DNA from: a virus
Lineage: Duplodnaviria > Caudoviricetes
Length of the DNA stretch: 64,000 bases
Virus record (IMG/VR): IMGVR_UViG_3300032135_000005
Coordinates: 1 to 64,000 of that record
Reading direction: 5' to 3' (one strand)
Position 1 is the stretch's first letter. The number at the start of each line of letters is the position of its first letter. Below the pieces are notes generated by a model. That model saw nothing but the letters and a program-made list of their open reading frames with translations, was not told the origin of the DNA and did not search any database. The translations under genes were made by a program, and so were the position numbers. This document shows positions 59,803 to 64,000 of this stretch, in pieces.

Positions 59803-60456
59803 ATGAAAGAACTAATAAAAGTACATATGTTACCTGACAGTAAACCTAGAAGTGTACTGTGTAATAGTAAAACTAAAGAATATAAGTACTCTAAATTAGG
59901 TTCTTTAAGCTTAGGACATTTAGATTTTCAACCACAAAACCTATACTTCACATCAGATGAAAAGATTAAATCAAATGAAGGTAAGATAATGGGGGACTGG
60001 TGTTGGAATAGTATTTATAATAAAATATTCCAAATGAATGGAGATGTAACTGCATATGATTTTAAAATAGTAGCAACTACTGATAAATCATTAATTATAC
60101 CTTGTAAATGTGGTAATATAAGTCCTTGTGCTTTATATCCAGAACAAATTTGTAATTTTAAAAAGTATCCACAAATATCCCAACAATTTCAAGAAGAATA
60201 TTGTAAAGCTGGAGGTATTGATGAGGTTTATTTAGAATATGAACTAAATCCACATATTTATGATAGTTCTAAAGATACTAAAACACTTAAACTAGACTTA
60301 AACAATTGTGTTATTACTCATCCTGTTGAACTTAAACTTTATACTAAGGAAGAAGTAAATGCTAAATGTATTGCTTTTGCTGATTTATGTGTGCATAAAG
60401 GAATCTTTAGGGAAAAAATAAGAGGAGAGTTTATCAATTGGATTAAAGAAACTTAA
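59803..60456 (+). CDS. Hypothetical protein
   Basis: 217 aa, PQNLYFTSDEKIK..GDW and KIVATTD motifs common in Bacteroidota phage early proteins; contains a Cys-rich insert. Confidence 0.65.
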   Translation: MKELIKVHMLPDSKPRSVLCNSKTKEYKYSKLGSLSLGHLDFQPQNLYFTSDEKIKSNEGKIMGDWCWNSIYNKIFQMNGDVTAYDFKIVATTDKSLIIPCKCGNISPCALYPEQICNFKKYPQISQQFQEEYCKAGGIDEVYLEYELNPHIYDSSKDTKTLKLDLNNCVITHPVELKLYTKEEVNAKCIAFADLCVHKGIFREKIRGEFINWIKET

Positions 60457-60469
60457 ACTAATAGATATT

Positions 60470-60547
60470 ATGTCTAAAATAATTAAAGTAATACTCTTGA
60501 TTATACTATTTATGATAATTCAAGCTGTATTCTTTAGAATTTCTTAA
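60470..60547 (+). CDS. Hydrophobic micro-peptide (25 aa)
   Basis: MSKIIKVILLIILFMIIQAVFFRIS. Confidence 0.4.
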   Translation: MSKIIKVILLIILFMIIQAVFFRIS

Positions 60548-60551
60548 GGCT

Positions 60552-60886
60552 AAACATTGAACCTTTGTGAAGAGAAGTGAGTCCTCCAAGTATTGAAAAA
60601 TAGATGGAATAAAGGTTAGCATAATTCACATAAAGATACTAATCCTGAGCACAGGATATTAACAGAGAATAGTAGACTCAAACTCTACTCTGCTTTTAGT
60701 AAGAACCATAAAGAATTATTTAGTAGTAAATTGCTATTAAAGAGAATCAATGTAAACCAAACAATTAAAAGATATAATAATGGAGTAATCCTAGATGTGT
60801 TGTTCTCTTGAGAAAGGAATATTGTAATGACAGAGGTACTGTTACAACACAAATGAGTTCTCAACATTAACTTGGGTTCAATGTTT
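60552..60886 (+). ncRNA. Putative structured RNA element J (about 335 nt)
   Basis: 12-bp closing stem AAACATTGAACC/GGTTCAATGTTT; internal ATCCTG/CAGGAT, GTAGA/TCTAC, AAGAGAA/TTCTCTT and TTGTAATG/TGTTACAA stems. Confidence 0.55.
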
Positions 60887-61027
60887 TTAATATAGTCCAA
60901 AATCCTTATGACTTTAAACTGTAACCTACCAGTAATGGTAACAAAAAATTATCTAAGTTAGTAGATTTTATATCGAAAAACCCCTTAAACCTCTGTATGT
61001 AATGTTTATGTGGTATGAACGATAAAG

Positions 61028-61415
61028 ATTGTAATATAAAAGTTACTTAAGAAAGGTAAGTCAATGGTTGTTCCTCAATATTAATATTGAAAACTTCAGA
61101 AAGGAAAATGACTTACTTTTATATTACAATTAGGAATAGATGCAACTGTATGAGATATGTTGCTTAGTGAATTAAAAACTCCCACAGACTAGTGGCTGGA
61201 GCACAATATAGAAATATATGAAGACACTTATTCACATTATTGGAAGTTCTCAGCAAGTAGTTAAGATGGTCAGGAAAATATTACGTAAGTAACTATTGAT
61301 TACTGGTTAAAAAATAAGTATCCACAATAACTACGTGACCCTACTCTTATGACCAAGTTGAATTTATTCAACGGTTATTAAAGAAATGAATTGACATATC
61401 CATAAGAAAGAGGGT
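61028..61415 (+). ncRNA. Putative structured RNA element(s) K-L
   Basis: 16-bp ATTGTAATATAAAAGT/ACTTTTATATTACAAT; GTAAGTCA/TGACTTAC; GCAAC/GTTGC; GTGAAT/ATTCAC; GTAGTTA/TAACTAC; ACCCT..TCTTATG/CATAAGA..AGGGT. Confidence 0.5.
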
Positions 61416-61446
61416 GCTAATTTAAAATAACTTAAAACCTTTACAA

Positions 61447-61608
61447 ATGATAACCAAATCAAAAAGAAGACATTTTACACGTCAATTAATTGACACTAGA
61501 TTAATGAATCTTTTAACTAAAATCTGTACTAATAAGTTAGAAGTTGAAATAAGATACAGACAAATGCGTATTGAACCAACATATATTTATGCAGGCTCAA
61601 GAGCGTAG
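61447..61608 (+). CDS. Small basic protein (53 aa)
   Basis: MITKSKRRHFTRQLIDTRL..., after an AAAACCTTTACAA leader. Confidence 0.45.
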   Translation: MITKSKRRHFTRQLIDTRLMNLLTKICTNKLEVEIRYRQMRIEPTYIYAGSRA

Positions 61609-61933
61609 AGAAATAATAGAAGTATTTGAAAAACTAATCAAATATATAGAAGAGAACTTAGATAATTGCACATATTTATGTCTAATGAAACAGTATATAG
61701 GTTCATTTAGAACCTGTGGCTTTAATAGAATGATTATTCTAGCTCACAATTATCTACAGGCACAACGACCTACTTCAACTAAGAATAAAAAGCATTATAA
61801 CTCTTTATCCTTTAGTAGAAATAAACATGCTGAACCTGCTTGGTGGAACTATCAATTACAACCTGATAGAGTACCAACAAATATGGAAAAAGTAAGATTT
61901 TTAAAGCATTTAATACAGAAACTTAAAAGATAA
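61589..61933 (+). CDS. Hypothetical protein
   Basis: ATG at 61589; YLC...RPT...WW...KVRFLKHLI pattern. Confidence 0.6.
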   Translation: MQAQERREIIEVFEKLIKYIEENLDNCTYLCLMKQYIGSFRTCGFNRMIILAHNYLQAQRPTSTKNKKHYNSLSFSRNKHAEPAWWNYQLQPDRVPTNMEKVRFLKHLIQKLKR

Positions 61934-62132
61934 TTATTATCTTTACAGTCATCCTTGTGAGTGCATCTGGTTAAACTCTCATCTTTTTCATATGCAATTT
62001 TCCTCTCTTTGGGCCATGATCTTAAAGGGAGGTTTTAACTAAAATTTAATGAATATAAAACTACAATATAAGTAAGGGTCTCCTACGGATAATGCCGGGG
62101 AGTTTTTACTTTAATCTTAAAACCATAAAGAA

Positions 62133-64000
62133 ATGAGTAAATTTAAAAAAGGTGACAAAGTAATGATACGTCCTGATAGTGAATATTATCGAGGACAGAA
62201 CTTCCGTAAGGGTGAAGTAATTATGCGTACTATTACAAGTATTGCAGATAATACTGGGTTAAATCATCATACTGACCATAATGTTTATAATGAAAAGGAT
62301 TTAGAGTTCTATCGTGACGATGCTAGCTCTACTCGTAAATTTAAAGTAGGAGATGCAATTATAGGTAATTCCACAGCAACATATAATGTTACTAAAGAAG
62401 GATGGATTGGAGTTGTAACTAAACTTCTAACAGATAATATTATTGAGGCTAGAAATTTTACTCCTAATGATCCTAAAGACTCAAGTTATACATTAAGAGA
62501 AGAAGCATTTGATTTACATACAGTAGCTAAATTTAAAAAAGGAAATATTGTAAGAGCTCTTGTAGATAGTCCACGTGCACTAGCTGCTTTGTGTTCTAAA
62601 GGAGATTTACTTAGAGTAGACGATGTATATGGAACTACCAGTTTCTCTTCAGATATGTGTAGAGGAGAGGCTCATTATTGGAGTGGAATGCACACGGAAG
62701 ATTTTGAACTTACAAGTTTAACCTCAACTGAACCTGCAGTTAAAAAGCCTGATATATCTTACAAGTTTGCAGTAGGAGATACTGTTAAAATTGTAGCAAA
62801 TGGATGGGGTGTAGGAGAGAGAGCTTTAGGTAAAACTACTACAATAACAGAATTAGGTCTTTATTGTGGTCCTGGATATAAATGTAGTCTTGGATTTGGT
62901 AATTGCGCACATGGTAGTCATGGATTTGTTGGAGAGAAATCTTTTGAACTAATAAGTCCGGAATCTATAAAAGAATCATCTTATAAATTTGATATAGGAG
63001 ATATAGTAAGAATTATAAGGAGTGGACACGGAATAGCCAACAGTGATGAAGGTCAAGAAGTTACTATTATAGAGCAGGGTATGTATCAGAATAAAGAACT
63101 TGGATACAGAATAGACCCACCATTTGGTAACTCTAAAGATGGTAAATTTAAGTATATGTGTGGAGAAACTTCATTTGAGTTAGTAAGTCGACCTATAAAG
63201 AGTCCAAGTTTTAAAGCAAGAGACATTCTAGAATTTATTCGTAAAGACCCAATTGGTACTTGTTTTGAAATTGGCGACCACGTTACTTTCCTTAAGTATG
63301 AGGGTGATACGGTAAAAGCTAAAGGTATAATGTCTACTTCAGATTGTATTACAACTCAAAATGCTCGTATTCATCAATTTAAGTTTGTACGTTCAGCTAA
63401 AGATGTACCTAAAGCAATTCTCACATCATTTCCAACTGAAGGTTGGTGTCTTAATGCAAATATGTCTCTTGGAATATTTTTAAGAGATAAATTTGAAGTA
63501 GGTTCTTCTCCTAAACCTTCAGGTTCTAGTGGATATGCTTGGAATTCCCATAGTTATTGGGCTATAGCTACATTTTCAGGTAAACCTAAATATGATTGGG
63601 AAGATTTAAAACAATTTGTAAAAGCTGCATCAGAACTTAAAATAATTGCATCTAGTTCTAAATCAACGCCACTTAAATATAAATTAGATGATAAATTAGT
63701 TATTAAGTATAGATTACACGGAAATATGTTTGAAATAGGAACTGTTGTTCAAGTAGTAGAAATTAATGCTAAATATATTAACTGTCCTTATAGAGTAGTT
63801 AGTGTTAGTTCAGAAGGTGATAGTGATTGGTGGGTTAATGATGATGAAGTTGATTTTTATGGCGATAAAGTTCCTGATTATCCTCTTAAATATAGTAAAG
63901 GAGACAAAGTTGTTATTACAGGAAATACTAATGACCACGGATTTGGAATTGGTGATGTAGTTAAGATTACATCAGTACATTTACCTAGCAATAGTTATAC
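62133..64000 (+). CDS. Tandem SH3/KOW-like repeat protein (runs off the window)
   Basis: Not in the ORF track. ATG at 62133 is open to the end; repeated KF(K/A/D)xGDxV units roughly every 60-75 aa, several ending in FEL. Confidence 0.7.
   Translation, partial: MSKFKKGDKVMIRPDSEYYRGQNFRKGEVIMRTITSIADNTGLNHHTDHNVYNEKDLEFYRDDASSTRKFKVGDAIIGNSTATYNVTKEGWIGVVTKLLTDNIIEARNFTPNDPKDSSYTLREEAFDLHTVAKFKKGNIVRALVDSPRALAALCSKGDLLRVDDVYGTTSFSSDMCRGEAHYWSGMHTEDFELTSLTSTEPAVKKPDISYKFAVGDTVKIVANGWGVGERALGKTTTITELGLYCGPGYKCSLGFGNCAHGSHGFVGEKSFELISPESIKESSYKFDIGDIVRIIRSGHGIANSDEGQEVTIIEQGMYQNKELGYRIDPPFGNSKDGKFKYMCGETSFELVSRPIKSPSFKARDILEFIRKDPIGTCFEIGDHVTFLKYEGDTVKAKGIMSTSDCITTQNARIHQFKFVRSAKDVPKAILTSFPTEGWCLNANMSLGIFLRDKFEVGSSPKPSGSSGYAWNSHSYWAIATFSGKPKYDWEDLKQFVKAASELKIIASSSKSTPLKYKLDDKLVIKYRLHGNMFEIGTVVQVVEINAKYINCPYRVVSVSSEGDSDWWVNDDEVDFYGDKVPDYPLKYSKGDKVVITGNTNDHGFGIGDVVKITSVHLPSNSY

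Noticed and set aside
60640-60900. Group I intron (AATCCTGAGC resembles the Q element, AATATAGTCC the S element)
   Set aside because: No matching P or R elements could be placed, the S-like string lies outside the closing stem, and no interrupted gene is evident.
56110-60900. Minus-strand ORFs 56110..56328, 58270..58494 and 60685..60900
   Set aside because: Antisense to early genes or to structured element J; no leader or recognisable motif.
55700-62130. tRNA, tmRNA or CRISPR array in the non-coding stretches
   Set aside because: No cloverleaf with a T-loop and CCA end and no regularly spaced direct repeats were seen by eye; tRNAscan-SE/ARAGORN should confirm.
1-64000. Stop-codon reassignment (TAG or TGA) as seen in some crAss-like phages
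   Set aside because: Late genes are full length in the standard code, and TAG and TGA end genes at sensible positions.

Overview
This 64-kb window is part of a crAss-like (Crassvirales-type) phage genome that probably infects a Bacteroidota host (TAnnTTTG promoters, A/T-rich leaders without Shine-Dalgarno, standard genetic code). Positions 1-55.7 kb are a minus-strand late/structural block. In reading order it holds small accessory and DNA-binding genes, terminase large subunit with an intein, portal, scaffold-like protein, major capsid protein, ring and auxiliary capsid proteins, muzzle protein, five large virion cargo proteins including a DFDID-type virion RNA polymerase, and tail fibre genes. 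After a strand switch near 55.75 kb there is a plus-strand early region of small ORFs separated by long non-coding stretches. The most notable observations are: (1) the three largest-block cargo proteins appear cysteine-free except for single Cys residues at their adjoining termini, suggesting a head-to-tail disulfide chain; (2) an AT-rich kinase/ASCH/macro-like cassette is inserted just after the RNAP catalytic motif; (3) the early region carries about ten structured non-coding elements closed by long-range stems, one adjoining an HNH gene flanked by a 12-bp direct repeat; (4) the terminase carries a class 3 (WCT) intein starting with Asp; (5) a candidate nucleotide-sponge anti-defence gene sits next to the terminase. 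All protein assignments come from motif recognition and gene order by eye; no searches were run.
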